Below, in pieces: positions 29,005 through 39,260 of a stretch of 64,000 bases of DNA. The notes under the pieces are model-generated. The model saw only the letters and a list, made by a program, of their open reading frames with translations. It did not search any database and was not told the DNA's origin. The position numbers and the translations under genes were made by a program. Numbering within the stretch: the stretch's first letter is position 1; every line of letters begins with the position of its first letter. The stretch is taken from contig CAWJSK010000012.1 of the NCBI GenBank assembly GCA_963845535.1, positions 768,001 through 832,000 of the forward strand, in the 5' to 3' direction. Origin of the DNA: an uncultured Spirochaetota bacterium (lineage in GTDB: Bacteria; Spirochaetota; Spirochaetia; SZUA-6; Fen-1364).

Positions 29005-29945
29005 GCGGCGCGGCCCCTCTCGAAGCGCCGCGGGAAAAGCCCCGCCGCAAGGTTGGTCGAGGTCTTGCCCCCGTCACCGAGTTCGCGGTGGAAGCGCTCA
29101 TCCGGGTGCTCGGTTTTTCCACGATAGGGTTCGTCATCCTCATATTCCTCTTTCTCCTGCGCGAAGGAGTCCCGGTTTTCTTCGAAGTCCCGATGCACGG
29201 GCTTTTCTCGACGCTCTGGTATCCCACCTTCAAGCTTTTCGGGACGCTGCCGCTGATCCTGGGCTCCGTGCTCGTGACAATCGCCTCTGTCGTGATCGCC
29301 CTTCCCCTGGGGGTGGCAACGGCGGTCTTTGTCCGCGAGGTGGCCCCAGGTTGGGCGCGGGAGATCCTCAAGCCCGTCATCGAAGTGCTCGCCGGCATTC
29401 CTTCCGTGGTGCTCGGATTTTTCGGCATGACCTACGTGGCCCCGCTGGTGCGGCAGTTGCTGGGAGCCCCCACCGGCCTCACGGCGTTCAGCGGAGCCCT
29501 GCTCCTTGCCTACATGGCGCTGCCCACCATCATCAGTGTTGCGGAGGATGCCCTTGATTCCGTTCCCAGAAGCTACCGGGACGCCGGCCTGGCCATGGGT
29601 GCAACCCGATGGCAGACCATCTGGCGCGTCGTGGTGCCGGCCGGCCGCTCGGGCATCCTCACGGCGGTCATGCTCGGCATGGGCAGGGCAATCGGGGAGA
29701 CAATGGCGGTCATGATGGTGACGGGCAACGCGGCGGTGATGCCCACGACGCTGGCTTTCCTTTTCAAGCCCGTGCGCACCATGACGGCCACGATTGCCGC
29801 GGAAATGGGAGAGGTTGCCCGGGGGGGCACTCATTACCACGCCCTGTTCGGGATCGGGATCATCCTCTTCGTGCTCACGTTCCTCATCAACCTGGCAGCG
29901 GCAAAGGCGATCTTCCAGAAGAAGCGCCGCGGGGGCTTGCGTTGA
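29001..29945 (+). CDS. pstC: Phosphate ABC transporter permease
   Basis: LAGIPSVVLG, LAMGATRWQT and RAIGETMAV motifs. Confidence 0.93.
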   Translation: MSGAAPLEAPREKPRRKVGRGLAPVTEFAVEALIRVLGFSTIGFVILIFLFLLREGVPVFFEVPMHGLFSTLWYPTFKLFGTLPLILGSVLVTIASVVIALPLGVATAVFVREVAPGWAREILKPVIEVLAGIPSVVLGFFGMTYVAPLVRQLLGAPTGLTAFSGALLLAYMALPTIISVAEDALDSVPRSYRDAGLAMGATRWQTIWRVVVPAGRSGILTAVMLGMGRAIGETMAVMMVTGNAAVMPTTLAFLFKPVRTMTATIAAEMGEVARGGTHYHALFGIGIILFVLTFLINLAAAKAIFQKKRRGGLR

Positions 29946-30790
29946 TGAACCGCTCCCTCGTGCAGACCCTCGGCTTCACCCTCTTGAGCGCAATTGCCTT
30001 CATCGTGGTGGCCCCCATCCTCCTTGTGGTGGGGACCATTGTTGCCCGAGGCATCACCGCAATCAATTGGGAGTTCATCAGCTCGATGCCGCACGGGGGC
30101 ATGCGCGAGGGGGGGATCCTGCCGGCCATCGTCGGGACGCTGCTTCTCACCCTTGGCACTGCGCTCGTCGCCGTGCCCATCGGCATTGGAGGCGCGATCT
30201 ATCTCTCCGAGTACGCGCGGGACACGGGCCTCACCCGGGCCATCCGGTTGGCCATCGTGAACCTCGCCGGCATTCCTTCCATTGTGTACGGCTTGTTCGG
30301 TCTCGGGATGTTCGTGCTTTTCTTCCGGTTCGGGACCTCCATCCTTGCCGGGTCGCTCACGCTGGCCATCATGACTCTGCCGGTCATCATCAGCACCGCG
30401 GAGGAGGCCCTGCGCGCCGTACCGCAGGAGTTCCGAACGGTGTCCGCCAGCCTGGGCGGCTCGCGCTGGCAGGCGGTGCGGAACATCGTTTTGCCGCAGG
30501 CCCTCCCCGGCATCATAACGGGCGTCATCCTGGGCCTTCTGCGCGCCGCCGGAGAGACCGCGCCCATCCTGTTCACCGTGGCGGCCTTCTACCTTCCCCG
30601 TCTTCCCACCTCTCCCCTGGACCAGACAATGGCGCTTCCCTATCACCTCTACGTGATCAGCACGCAGGTCCCTGGCATGCCCCTGTCTGTCCAATACGGC
30701 ACCGCGCTCGTGCTGCTTGCCCTGGTTCTGTCTTTGAACATCGTGGCCACAGTGATCCGCAGCCACTTCAGGAGGAAACGCCAGTGGTAG
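29945..30790 (+). CDS. pstA: Phosphate ABC transporter permease
   Basis: GGILPAIVGT, AIYLSEY, GIPSIVYGLFG and RAAGETAP motifs. Confidence 0.93.
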   Translation: MNRSLVQTLGFTLLSAIAFIVVAPILLVVGTIVARGITAINWEFISSMPHGGMREGGILPAIVGTLLLTLGTALVAVPIGIGGAIYLSEYARDTGLTRAIRLAIVNLAGIPSIVYGLFGLGMFVLFFRFGTSILAGSLTLAIMTLPVIISTAEEALRAVPQEFRTVSASLGGSRWQAVRNIVLPQALPGIITGVILGLLRAAGETAPILFTVAAFYLPRLPTSPLDQTMALPYHLYVISTQVPGMPLSVQYGTALVLLALVLSLNIVATVIRSHFRRKRQW

Positions 30791-30855
30791 CGCCGAACAG
30801 CCTGTCCCGCGCTCCCCTTCCTCCGCGCCAGCAGGGGAGGGTTTCCCGGGAGACC

Positions 30856-31611
30856 ATGGTCCCCAAGATCAGGATCCAGGGGGTCAGCTACTGGTACTCC
30901 GGCAAGCCGTCACTCGAAGGGGTCACCATGGAGATCCCGGACAAGGCAGTGACCGTGCTTTTCGGTCCGGCGGGAGGGGGAAAGACCACTCTGATGCGCC
31001 TCATCAACCGGTTGAACGACATGGTGGATGACGCGCACATGACGGGCAGCATCCTCCTGGACGGAGAGGACATTTACGCGCCGGGCGTGGACGTGTCGCA
31101 GCTTCGCCGACGGGTGGGGATGGTCTTCGCTCTCCCCCTTCCCCTCCCGGGAACAATTCGGGACAACATACTCTACGGCCCGCGCCTGGCGGGAGTGCGG
31201 GACGCAGCCATGCTGTCTGAGATCGTGGAGCACAGCCTCCAGCAGGCTGCCTTGTGGGCCGAGGTGAAAGACAGGCTGGACGTGCCGGCGTTGAGCCTTT
31301 CCGGCGGCCAGCAGCAGCGCCTCTGCATTGCGCGCAGCCTCGCGCTCGAGCCGGAGGTGCTCCTTCTGGATGAGCCCACCTCCGGTCTGGATCCCATCTC
31401 GACGGCGAAGGTGGAGGAGTCGCTCTTCGAGCTCCGAGAGCGCTATGCGGTGGTCATTGTCCCACACAGCGTCCAGCAAGCCGCGCGCGTGGCGGACTAC
31501 GCGGCGTTCTTCCTCTCCGGAGAGATGGTGGAACGGGGAGGCGGCGCCCAGGTTTTTACGTCCCCCCGCGACAAGAGGACCGAGGACTACGTGACGGGAA
31601 GGTTCGGCTGA
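30856..31611 (+). CDS. pstB: Phosphate ABC transporter ATPase (divergent copy)
   Basis: [32 protein letters not shown] and [10 protein letters not shown]-loop reads VFALP. Confidence 0.88.
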   Translation: MVPKIRIQGVSYWYSGKPSLEGVTMEIPDKAVTVLFGPAGGGKTTLMRLINRLNDMVDDAHMTGSILLDGEDIYAPGVDVSQLRRRVGMVFALPLPLPGTIRDNILYGPRLAGVRDAAMLSEIVEHSLQQAALWAEVKDRLDVPALSLSGGQQQRLCIARSLALEPEVLLLDEPTSGLDPISTAKVEESLFELRERYAVVIVPHSVQQAARVADYAAFFLSGEMVERGGGAQVFTSPRDKRTEDYVTGRFG

Positions 31612-31613
31612 CG

Positions 31614-32381
31614 ATGGGCAAGATATCCGTCCACGACCTTTCCTTCTTCTACGGGCAGCGCCTGGCGCTTGCTGACGTCTCCATCGACATCCAGGAGCGG
31701 GAGATCACCGCGCTGATCGGGCCGTCCGGCTGCGGAAAGTCGACGTTCCTGCGCTGCCTCAACCGGATGAACGACACGATCTCCGGCTCGCGCGCGAAGG
31801 GAAGCGTCCGCATAGACGGAGCTGACATCTACTCGGGAGACGCGGACGTCGTCGAGCTCAGGAAGCGCGTCGGCATGGTCTTTCAGCGCCCCAACCCTTT
31901 CCCCCAGAGCATCTTCGACAACGTGGCTTTCGGACCCCGGGTCATGGGCACGCATCGCGGCCGGGCGCTCTCGGAAGTTGTGGAGAAGAGCCTTCGTTCT
32001 GCCGATCTGTGGGATGAAGTGAGAGATTCTCTTCGCCAGGACGCCCTCTCCCTGTCCCTGGGCCAGCAACAGCGCCTGTGCATCGCCCGGGTGGTCGCCG
32101 TGGCCCCTGAGATCATCCTGATGGATGAGCCCTGCTCGGCGCTTGACCCCATTGCCACGCTGCGTGTCGAGGAGCTGATGAGGACGTTGAAGGAGAAGTA
32201 TACGATTGTGATCGTAACGCACAACATGCAACAAGCGGCTCGCGTGTCGGACCGCACCGGCTTTTTCTGGCTGAACGATGAGAAGGCCGGGATCCTTGCA
32301 GAGTTCGGCGTCACGGAGCAGATATTCACCAGTCCGCGGGACCAGCGCACGGAGGATTACATCACGGGGCGCTCGGGATGA
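31614..32381 (+). CDS. pstB: Phosphate ABC transporter ATPase
   Basis: [35 protein letters not shown] and VTHNMQQA motifs. Confidence 0.93.
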   Translation: MGKISVHDLSFFYGQRLALADVSIDIQEREITALIGPSGCGKSTFLRCLNRMNDTISGSRAKGSVRIDGADIYSGDADVVELRKRVGMVFQRPNPFPQSIFDNVAFGPRVMGTHRGRALSEVVEKSLRSADLWDEVRDSLRQDALSLSLGQQQRLCIARVVAVAPEIILMDEPCSALDPIATLRVEELMRTLKEKYTIVIVTHNMQQAARVSDRTGFFWLNDEKAGILAEFGVTEQIFTSPRDQRTEDYITGRSG

Positions 32382-32407
32382 AGCGGGCCGGTCCAAGGAG
32401 TTGAAGA

Positions 32408-33076
32408 ATGGCGCGGGAAAAGTTCGAACACGACCTTCAGAGGTTGAAAGACGAGATACTCACCCTGGGAGCCATGGCGGAGCGCTCGGTGACGGAGTCG
32501 GTCCAGGCGCTCAAGAAGAGGGACCTGGCCAAGGCCCAATCCATCATGGACGAAGACCGCATGATCAACGAGAAGCGGTATGCCATCGAGAATGAGACGC
32601 TCACGGTCATTGCCACCCAGCAGCCCATGGCGGGAGACCTTCGCACGCTGGCGGCCATTTTCGAGATCGCAACCGAGCTTGAACGCATCGCGGACTACGC
32701 CAAGGGGATTGCCCACGTCACGTTGATGCTGGGAGAAGAGACCCTCATCAAACCGCTGGAGGACGTTCCCCGGATGGCGGACACGGCGTGCGACATGCTT
32801 CATAGGGCGCTGGACTCGTTCATGCGCCAGGACGTTGAAGAGGCCCGGTCCATTCCTCGGGAAGACAACGTCGTGGACTCCCTCTATGAGAAGACCTACC
32901 GCGAGCTCATCCGGTTCATGGAGACGGACCCCAGGACCACGGAACAGGCCAACAGGCTCACCTGGGTGGCGCACAACCTGGAGCGCGTGGCTGACCGCGT
33001 CGGCAACATCTGCGAACGGGTCGTGTTCTCCATCACCGGCCGTGGAGAGGAACTGGACGGCCCTCTCCCGAGGTAG
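32408..33076 (+). CDS. phoU: Phosphate signalling protein PhoU
   Basis: QQPMAGDLR, ELERIADY and LERVADRVGNICE motifs. Confidence 0.95.
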   Translation: MAREKFEHDLQRLKDEILTLGAMAERSVTESVQALKKRDLAKAQSIMDEDRMINEKRYAIENETLTVIATQQPMAGDLRTLAAIFEIATELERIADYAKGIAHVTLMLGEETLIKPLEDVPRMADTACDMLHRALDSFMRQDVEEARSIPREDNVVDSLYEKTYRELIRFMETDPRTTEQANRLTWVAHNLERVADRVGNICERVVFSITGRGEELDGPLPR

Positions 33077-33092
33077 GGTTCGCGCGGCGGGC

Positions 33093-34451
33093 TCACCGCA
33101 CCTCCATGATCCTGGCCCACCCCGGGGGCACGGGATCCACGTTCGCCGTGCCTCCGTTCAGCGGGAACTCATCCCCCGGGTTCAGCACGTCGACAAGGCG
33201 CCCGTCCCGGGGCGCGGGAACTCTCAGGCGCACCGAAGCCTCCTCCCCGGAGGCATTCACCACCACCACCACGATGAGGCTGCCGGCGCGTCGGGCAAAC
33301 GCGAGCAGCTCATGGCTCACGTGGAGCTGCACGTAGTCCCCCGCGCGAAGCGGCGCGCTTTCCTGCCTGATTCGGGCCAGGCGACGGATCGTTCCGGGAA
33401 GCTCGGGGTGGGGGCTTGCCCGGGAGAGCGCATCGAGGTCCAGGGAAGGCCGCAACGGCCAGTCCGTGCCGTCCTTTTTTCCGTCGATTCCCCACTCGCT
33501 CCCGTAATAGATCGAGGGGATGCCCGGCATGGTGAACAAGAGGCACGAGAGCGCGTGCAGGTGGCGCGACTCCTTCAGCATGCTCGCCACCCTGTTGACA
33601 TCGTGGTTGTCCGCGAACGAGTAAAGCTTCAACCCTTGATAGAGCCCCGTCGGGCCGAACTGGCGGTTCAGCGAATAGGCGATCTCGAAATAGTTCTTGT
33701 CGACGTGGCTCGAGTAAAGGCCCTTGTAGCATTCGTAGTTGGTCACCGAGTCGAGGGTTTGCGGGTTGGCCCATCGACGGTAATCCCCGTGAACCACCTC
33801 GCCCAGGAGCCAGAAGTCCGGATGTGAGCGTTTGCAGTGCTCGGAGAGCGCGCGCAGGAAGTCCATATCCATCACGTCCGCTGCGTCCAGCCGCAGTCCG
33901 TCGATCCCGTAGTCACGGACCCAGGAATCGATTGCGCCGAAGATGTGTTCCCGTACGTCCCTGCTTGCAAGGTTGAGCTTCACGAGATCGAAGTGACCGT
34001 TCCAGCCCTCGTAGGAGAACGGATCACCGAACGGGCTCTTCTTCCCGAACGCAAGGGAGTGAAACCATGAGGCGTACTCCGAACGCTCTCCGTTTGCGAG
34101 CAGGTCCCTGAATGCCCAGAAGTCTCTCCCCACGTGATTGAAAACCCCGTCAAAGATGATGCGCATCCCCTTCGCGTGTGCCGCGGAGCTGAAACGCGCA
34201 AGGGATTCACCCGTCCCGAGGCGTCGATCCACGCGCGTGTAGTCCGCAGTGTCGTAACCGTGGGAGGAAGACTCGAAGAGCGGGCCGAGGTAGAGCGCGT
34301 TCGCGCCGAGGTCCCTGATGTGGTCGAGCCAGGGCTCCAGGAGGCGCAACCGGTCCACGGGCTGGGACGTGAAGTCGTTCCTGCGGGGAGCCCCGCACAG
34401 CCCGAGGGGATAGATATGGTAGAAAATCGCGCTGTCCGACCAGTGACTCAT
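33093..34451 (-). CDS. GH13 alpha-amylase/cyclomaltodextrinase family glycosidase
   Basis: HGYDT, DGVFNH, DGLRLDAA, GEVVHG, DNHD and PSIYYGSE motifs. Confidence 0.92.
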   Translation of the reverse strand: MSHWSDSAIFYHIYPLGLCGAPRRNDFTSQPVDRLRLLEPWLDHIRDLGANALYLGPLFESSSHGYDTADYTRVDRRLGTGESLARFSSAAHAKGMRIIFDGVFNHVGRDFWAFRDLLANGERSEYASWFHSLAFGKKSPFGDPFSYEGWNGHFDLVKLNLASRDVREHIFGAIDSWVRDYGIDGLRLDAADVMDMDFLRALSEHCKRSHPDFWLLGEVVHGDYRRWANPQTLDSVTNYECYKGLYSSHVDKNYFEIAYSLNRQFGPTGLYQGLKLYSFADNHDVNRVASMLKESRHLHALSCLLFTMPGIPSIYYGSEWGIDGKKDGTDWPLRPSLDLDALSRASPHPELPGTIRRLARIRQESAPLRAGDYVQLHVSHELLAFARRAGSLIVVVVVNASGEEASVRLRVPAPRDGRLVDVLNPGDEFPLNGGTANVDPVPPGWARIMEVR

Positions 34452-35013
34452 GAATAGATCCCGTGCTCGAACTGGTGGACCGCCCGCTCCATGAGCGTGT
34501 CGGTGAGGGAGAGAAAACCGTTCAGGGCCAGGCCGATGCAGTTATTGATCATCCCGAGAAACGAAGCGGCGTACAGGCTGTGCCTTTCCTTCATGTTCCC
34601 GTGATCGCGGGCGGCCTGGATAAAAACGGCTTCGATCAGCCGGAACTGTTCCTCGTTCAGCCTCGCCACCTCCTTGAAAGCGTCGCTATGGTCCGGTGCG
34701 AAATAGAGCGCAAGCTGCATCCGATAGAAGATGGGCTCCCGCGTGGAGAAACGGAAATACGCCTGGGCGAGCCGCCGCAGCGTCAGGGGCAGATCCCCTG
34801 ATACTCGGCGGCGCGCGCCACCTCCCGGCTCAAGCTCGTGTGGTGCTCTTCGAGCACCGCCCTGAGAAGGCCGAGCTTGCAGCCGAAGTAATGATACAGG
34901 GTCGGCTTGGTGACCCCCGCGGCGTCCACGATCTCCTGCACTCCCACGGCGTCATACCCGCGGGAAGCAAAAGCCGACAACGCCTTTGCAAGCAGAGTTT
35001 CGCGCGTGTCCAT
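34448..35013 (-). CDS. TetR/AcrR regulator interrupted by a one-base frameshift in a G run (34795-34798)
   Basis: HTH GVQEIVDAAGVTKPTLYHYF; adding one G to CAGGGGAT joins ORF 34783..35013 to ORF 34448..34720 (YQGDLPLTLRRLAQAYF...). Confidence 0.85.
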
Positions 35014-35022
35014 GGACGCTTT

Positions 35023-35049
35023 CTATACCGATTGGTATAGTCATGTCAA
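35023..35049 (-). promoter_or_regulatory. TetR promoter with overlapping palindromic operator
   Basis: CTATACC-gatt-GGTATAG (35023-35040) lies between TTGACA (35049-35044) and the start codon. Confidence 0.75.
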
Positions 35050-35120
35050 GCCCGGCGCCCGAAACTTTGGCGCCTATTGAACACCTATGCACCGTACTGT
35101 AGAGTAGCCGCTCGATTGTC

Positions 35121-37238
35121 ATGAGTGAGGCTGATTCAGGCGACCTGATGACCACGCTGAAGGGGATACTCTTCGGCAAGGCCAAAGACATCCGCGACCC
35201 CAACATATTCCACAAGCTTTCCCTCATCGCGTTCTTTGCGTGGGTCGGGCTCGGGGCGGACGGCCTTTCCTCCGCAAACTACGGACCTGAGGAATCCTTC
35301 CTCAGCCTGGGGGTTCATAGCCACCTCGGCATCTTCGTTGCGCTGGCCACGGCGCTCACCGTCATTATCATTGCCTCCAGCTACTCCCAGATTGTCGAGC
35401 TGTTCCCGGGAGGGGGGGGCGGTTACCTTGTGGCCAGCAAGCTGCTCAGCCCGACCCTGGGAATGATCTCGGGGTGCGCGCTCCTCATCGACTACGTGCT
35501 CACGATCACCATATCAGTCGCCAGCGGCGCTGATGCCATCTTCAGCTTCTTCCCCGTTGCCGCGCTGCATTACAAGCTCCTGGTGGCTGTTCTCGGAGTC
35601 CTTCTCCTGATGGTGATGAACCTTCGGGGTGTCAGGGAATCCGTCGTGCCGCTCGTGCCCATCTTTCTCCTCTTCCTCGTCACCCACACCTTTGCCATTC
35701 TTTACGCGCTTCTTACGCACCTGCCCGCGGTGGGGGAAGTGGCCCAGACGACCGTGGCGCAGACGAAGGCCGCCGGCCAGGCCCTGGGAGGTTTCGGCGT
35801 GTTCGTCCTTTTGATGCGCGCGTACAGCATGGGAGCGGGGACATACACGGGAATCGAAGCCGTCAGCAACGGCCTTCCCATCCTCCGCGAGCCGAGAGTC
35901 CAGACCGCCAAGAGGACCATGCGGTACATGGCGGCCTCCCTGGCGTTCATGGCCGCCGGCCTGATGGTCGGCTACCTGCTGTTTGGAGTCACGAAGGTTC
36001 CGGGCAAGACGCTGAATGCCATCCTGATGGAAAGAATAGCCGCGGGATGGGGCGCGGGCGGGACCATCTTCGTACTGTTCACCTTGATCTCCGAGGCGGT
36101 CCTCCTGTTCGTCGCCGCGCAGGCCGGGTTCCTGGACGGCCCACGCGTCCTGGCCAACATGTCACTGGACAGATGGCTGCCGGGACAATTCAGCCTCCTG
36201 AGCGAGCGGCTCGTCATCAAGAACGGCATTGTGCTGATGGGCGGCGCGGCGCTCATCCTCATGCTCGTGAGCAAAGGCTCCGTCGATTTCCTGATCGTCC
36301 TCTATGCCATCAATGTGTTCATCACGTTCTGCCTCTCCCAGGCCGGCATGGTCCGACACTGGTGGACCGAGCGGAAGACCGTCGGCGCGTGGAAAAGGAA
36401 GTTCCTGATCAACGGCATTGGCCTGCTTCTGACCGGCTTCATCCTCATCTCCCAGATCGTGCTGAAGTTCCAGACCGGGGGATGGATCACCATCATGATC
36501 ACGGGGTCGCTCGTGCTTGTCTCCATCCTGATCAAGCGCTTCTACCACCAGACCGGCAGGCGGCTGGCGCGTCTGGACAACCTCATGGCCACGGCGGCGG
36601 AAAGCGATGTCCGAGCGCTGGCCTCGGAATCCCGGAGAGGGCGGAAAAAGGCGCCTCCAAAGTACAACCCCAAGGGAAAGACGGCGGTCATCCTCGTTTC
36701 CGGCTTCAACGGTACGGGGCTGCATACGTTGTTCAGCATCCGGCGGATCTTCGGGGACACTTTCCGCAACTGGTTTTTCATCCAGGCAGGGGTCATTGAC
36801 GCGGACCGGTTCAAGGGCGCGGAAGGGATCAAGAAGCTGCGTCAGCACGTGGAAGAGGGTCTTTCCAAGTACGTCACGTTCATGGAGGCGGAGGGCTACC
36901 ACGCCCACGGCTTCGCCGCCATAGGAACGGACATCTCGGATGAAGTCTGTGACCTTGCCGAACGGATTTTCCGCAGACATCCGAACGCCGTTTTCTTCGG
37001 CGGCCAGATCGTATTTGCCGAGGAGAGCATCCTCACCCGCCTCCTTTTCAACCACACCGCTTTCGCCGTCCAACGGCGTCTCCACAGGAATGGCATCCCC
37101 TTTCTCATCATGCCGGTGCGCGTCGGAGCGCCTCTGCGCTTGTCCCGCAGCGCTCCGCGTAAGTACATTCAAGCTCAGAGAGAGCCAGTACAGGCCTCTC
37201 TCCGGGAAACGCCCAGCACTGGGGACCGGAAGGCTTAG
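35121..37238 (+). CDS. APC family permease (KimA/YdaO-like)
   Basis: ADGLSSANYG, GGGGY, LIDYVLT, NLRGVRES and TGIEAVSNG motifs; about 12 TM helices plus a cytoplasmic C-terminal domain. Confidence 0.85.
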   Translation: MSEADSGDLMTTLKGILFGKAKDIRDPNIFHKLSLIAFFAWVGLGADGLSSANYGPEESFLSLGVHSHLGIFVALATALTVIIIASSYSQIVELFPGGGGGYLVASKLLSPTLGMISGCALLIDYVLTITISVASGADAIFSFFPVAALHYKLLVAVLGVLLLMVMNLRGVRESVVPLVPIFLLFLVTHTFAILYALLTHLPAVGEVAQTTVAQTKAAGQALGGFGVFVLLMRAYSMGAGTYTGIEAVSNGLPILREPRVQTAKRTMRYMAASLAFMAAGLMVGYLLFGVTKVPGKTLNAILMERIAAGWGAGGTIFVLFTLISEAVLLFVAAQAGFLDGPRVLANMSLDRWLPGQFSLLSERLVIKNGIVLMGGAALILMLVSKGSVDFLIVLYAINVFITFCLSQAGMVRHWWTERKTVGAWKRKFLINGIGLLLTGFILISQIVLKFQTGGWITIMITGSLVLVSILIKRFYHQTGRRLARLDNLMATAAESDVRALASESRRGRKKAPPKYNPKGKTAVILVSGFNGTGLHTLFSIRRIFGDTFRNWFFIQAGVIDADRFKGAEGIKKLRQHVEEGLSKYVTFMEAEGYHAHGFAAIGTDISDEVCDLAERIFRRHPNAVFFGGQIVFAEESILTRLLFNHTAFAVQRRLHRNGIPFLIMPVRVGAPLRLSRSAPRKYIQAQREPVQASLRETPSTGDRKA

Positions 37239-37282
37239 CCCGCACGGGAAGCCGCGCTCACAGGAGCCCCGAAGGAGGCGAT

Positions 37283-37822
37283 ATGAACAGGGTCTTTTCG
37301 TTCGACCTGGGCCGCGTCATGGACGAGGCCTTCAAACTAGCGGAAAGTATTGGAGAGACGATTGACCAGGAGGCCGCGGAGAAGATGCGCCGCGCCGCCG
37401 AGCATTTTGGCCAGGGGCCCTTCGCCAATCCTGATTACTACCCGGCGTATCTCTACCCGCCCTCCACGATCTACCTCTCTCGGGACAAGAAACTCGTGTT
37501 CGAGATAGCGCTCGCCGGCTTCGAGGAGAAGGAAATCACGGTGCAGTTCCGCGGGGACCACCTCCTTTTCTCCGCTCGCGCCCCGCGCGTGGAGGAGTCG
37601 GATGAGAGCGTCCAGTACTTCAAGCGCAGGCTGAAGCTGAAAGACATCGAGGAGCAGCGCTACTACGTGCCGGCGGACAAGTTCGACCAGGCGGGCACGC
37701 AGGCGCGGTTCCACAACGGGCTCCTCACCCTCGTGGTGCCGCCGCGGGATCACGCGGACGCCGGTGACGAGATCCGTATCGACATAAAGACCGAACCGAA
37801 AAGCGCCGCCGGCAGTGCCTGA
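37283..37822 (+). CDS. Hsp20/alpha-crystallin family protein
   Basis: EIALAGF and ARFHNGLLTL motifs; RBS AAGGAGG. Confidence 0.85.
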   Translation: MNRVFSFDLGRVMDEAFKLAESIGETIDQEAAEKMRRAAEHFGQGPFANPDYYPAYLYPPSTIYLSRDKKLVFEIALAGFEEKEITVQFRGDHLLFSARAPRVEESDESVQYFKRRLKLKDIEEQRYYVPADKFDQAGTQARFHNGLLTLVVPPRDHADAGDEIRIDIKTEPKSAAGSA

Positions 37823-37916
37823 TCCGCGCGGACGCCGCAGCAGCCGGGGGCAGACCACTTTACACGCGACAGCAGCCACGCTATACAGTGCTGGCCGTTC
37901 ACTGGGGAGGGGATGA

Positions 37917-39260
37917 ATGACGAGGGTGCATTTCCGTGGTTTGTCTTTCGCTTTCCCCCTCCTCATTGCCTGTCTCGTGACGGCTCCGGTCTTCGCCGGA
38001 CCTGCGCAGCCGCCGGAGCTCTTTTCGACTGGTTCTTTCACGCTCAATGCCCGCTCAGCCATCCTGATAGACCAGATCACCGGGCGCGTGCTCTTCGAGC
38101 GCAACGCGGACCAGCCGTTCGTTCCGGCCTCCCTGGCCAAGCTCATGTCGCTGCACATCGTCTATGAGAAGCTCGAGGAGCGCTCCATCCATCGTGATGA
38201 CGTGGTGGCAATCACCTCCAACGCGTGGGCCGGCAATCAGGCGCCCGGATCCTCGCTGATGGACCTGGGACCCGGGCAGATCGTGACCGTGGAGGAGCTG
38301 ATGAAGGGGATGGCGGTTGCCTCGGGGAATGACGCGGCAACCGCCCTGGCGGAGTACGTGGCGGGCAGCACGGAGAAGTTCGTCCGTCTCATGAACGAAG
38401 AGGCCGCTTTCCTGGGCTACAAGGTCACGCGTTTCACGGACCCTTCGGGAGTCGGGGAAGGGAACACAACGACCGCGCGGGAGTTCGCGGACTTCTGCCG
38501 CCGCTACATCACGGCGCACCCCGAGGCTCTGGAAGAGCTGCACTCCCTGCGAGAGTTCGAGTATCCGCTCCGCCAGAACATGGCGGACGGCCGCCTCACC
38601 GCAGCCACGAAGAAACAGTACAACCCCAACTTCCTCGTCTGGGATGATTTCGGCGTGGACGGCCTGAAGACCGGACATCTGGACAATGACAACTTCACGG
38701 CGGCAATAACGGCGCGGCGCGGTGACATGCGCCTCATCGCCGTTCTCCTTGGTGTCTCCGGGAAGACGCTTGACGACGGGTCACGCAACAGGGCGGAGGA
38801 CGGGATGAACCTCCTCCGCTACGGGTTTCGGAGCTTCAGGACGCAGGAGCTCGACCCGCCCTCCCTCCCCGCGGTGCGGGTGTGGAAAGGCAGGGAGCGG
38901 GAGCTTGCAATCTCCCCTGACGGCCCCATCCACGTGACAGCCACGGCGAGCGAGTGGGAAAAGTTGGCGTACGTTGTCGACGTTCGGTCACCGATCGTCG
39001 CCCCGGTAGTGCAAGGACAGCGAATCGGATCGCTCATCTACATGGCGGGAAGCAATGAGATTGCCCGCATACCTTTGTTTGCAACCGAATCAGTGGAGCC
39101 GGCCGGCATGGTCCGTCAGGCGTGGGATGCGACTCTTCTCAGCCTGTCATCCTTCCTTGGAGGGCCCGCGGCGTCGCTTCGGGCCACGTTCGACACGCTG
39201 CCGCCGCAGGCTCTCTTGTCCGCGGACACCACGGCGTCCGTGGCTAGACGAGCTCCGTAG
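37917..39260 (+). CDS. D-alanyl-D-alanine carboxypeptidase (PBP5/6 family)
   Basis: PASLAK (SxxK), SGNDA and GLKTG motifs; PBP5 C-terminal domain. Confidence 0.92.
   Translation: MTRVHFRGLSFAFPLLIACLVTAPVFAGPAQPPELFSTGSFTLNARSAILIDQITGRVLFERNADQPFVPASLAKLMSLHIVYEKLEERSIHRDDVVAITSNAWAGNQAPGSSLMDLGPGQIVTVEELMKGMAVASGNDAATALAEYVAGSTEKFVRLMNEEAAFLGYKVTRFTDPSGVGEGNTTTAREFADFCRRYITAHPEALEELHSLREFEYPLRQNMADGRLTAATKKQYNPNFLVWDDFGVDGLKTGHLDNDNFTAAITARRGDMRLIAVLLGVSGKTLDDGSRNRAEDGMNLLRYGFRSFRTQELDPPSLPAVRVWKGRERELAISPDGPIHVTATASEWEKLAYVVDVRSPIVAPVVQGQRIGSLIYMAGSNEIARIPLFATESVEPAGMVRQAWDATLLSLSSFLGGPAASLRATFDTLPPQALLSADTTASVARRAP

Noticed and set aside
29609..30855. Apparent N-terminal extensions of PstA and PstB1 (393-aa and 605-aa ORFs)
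   Set aside because: These are alternative-frame read-through over pstC and pstA; starts are at 29945 and about 30856.
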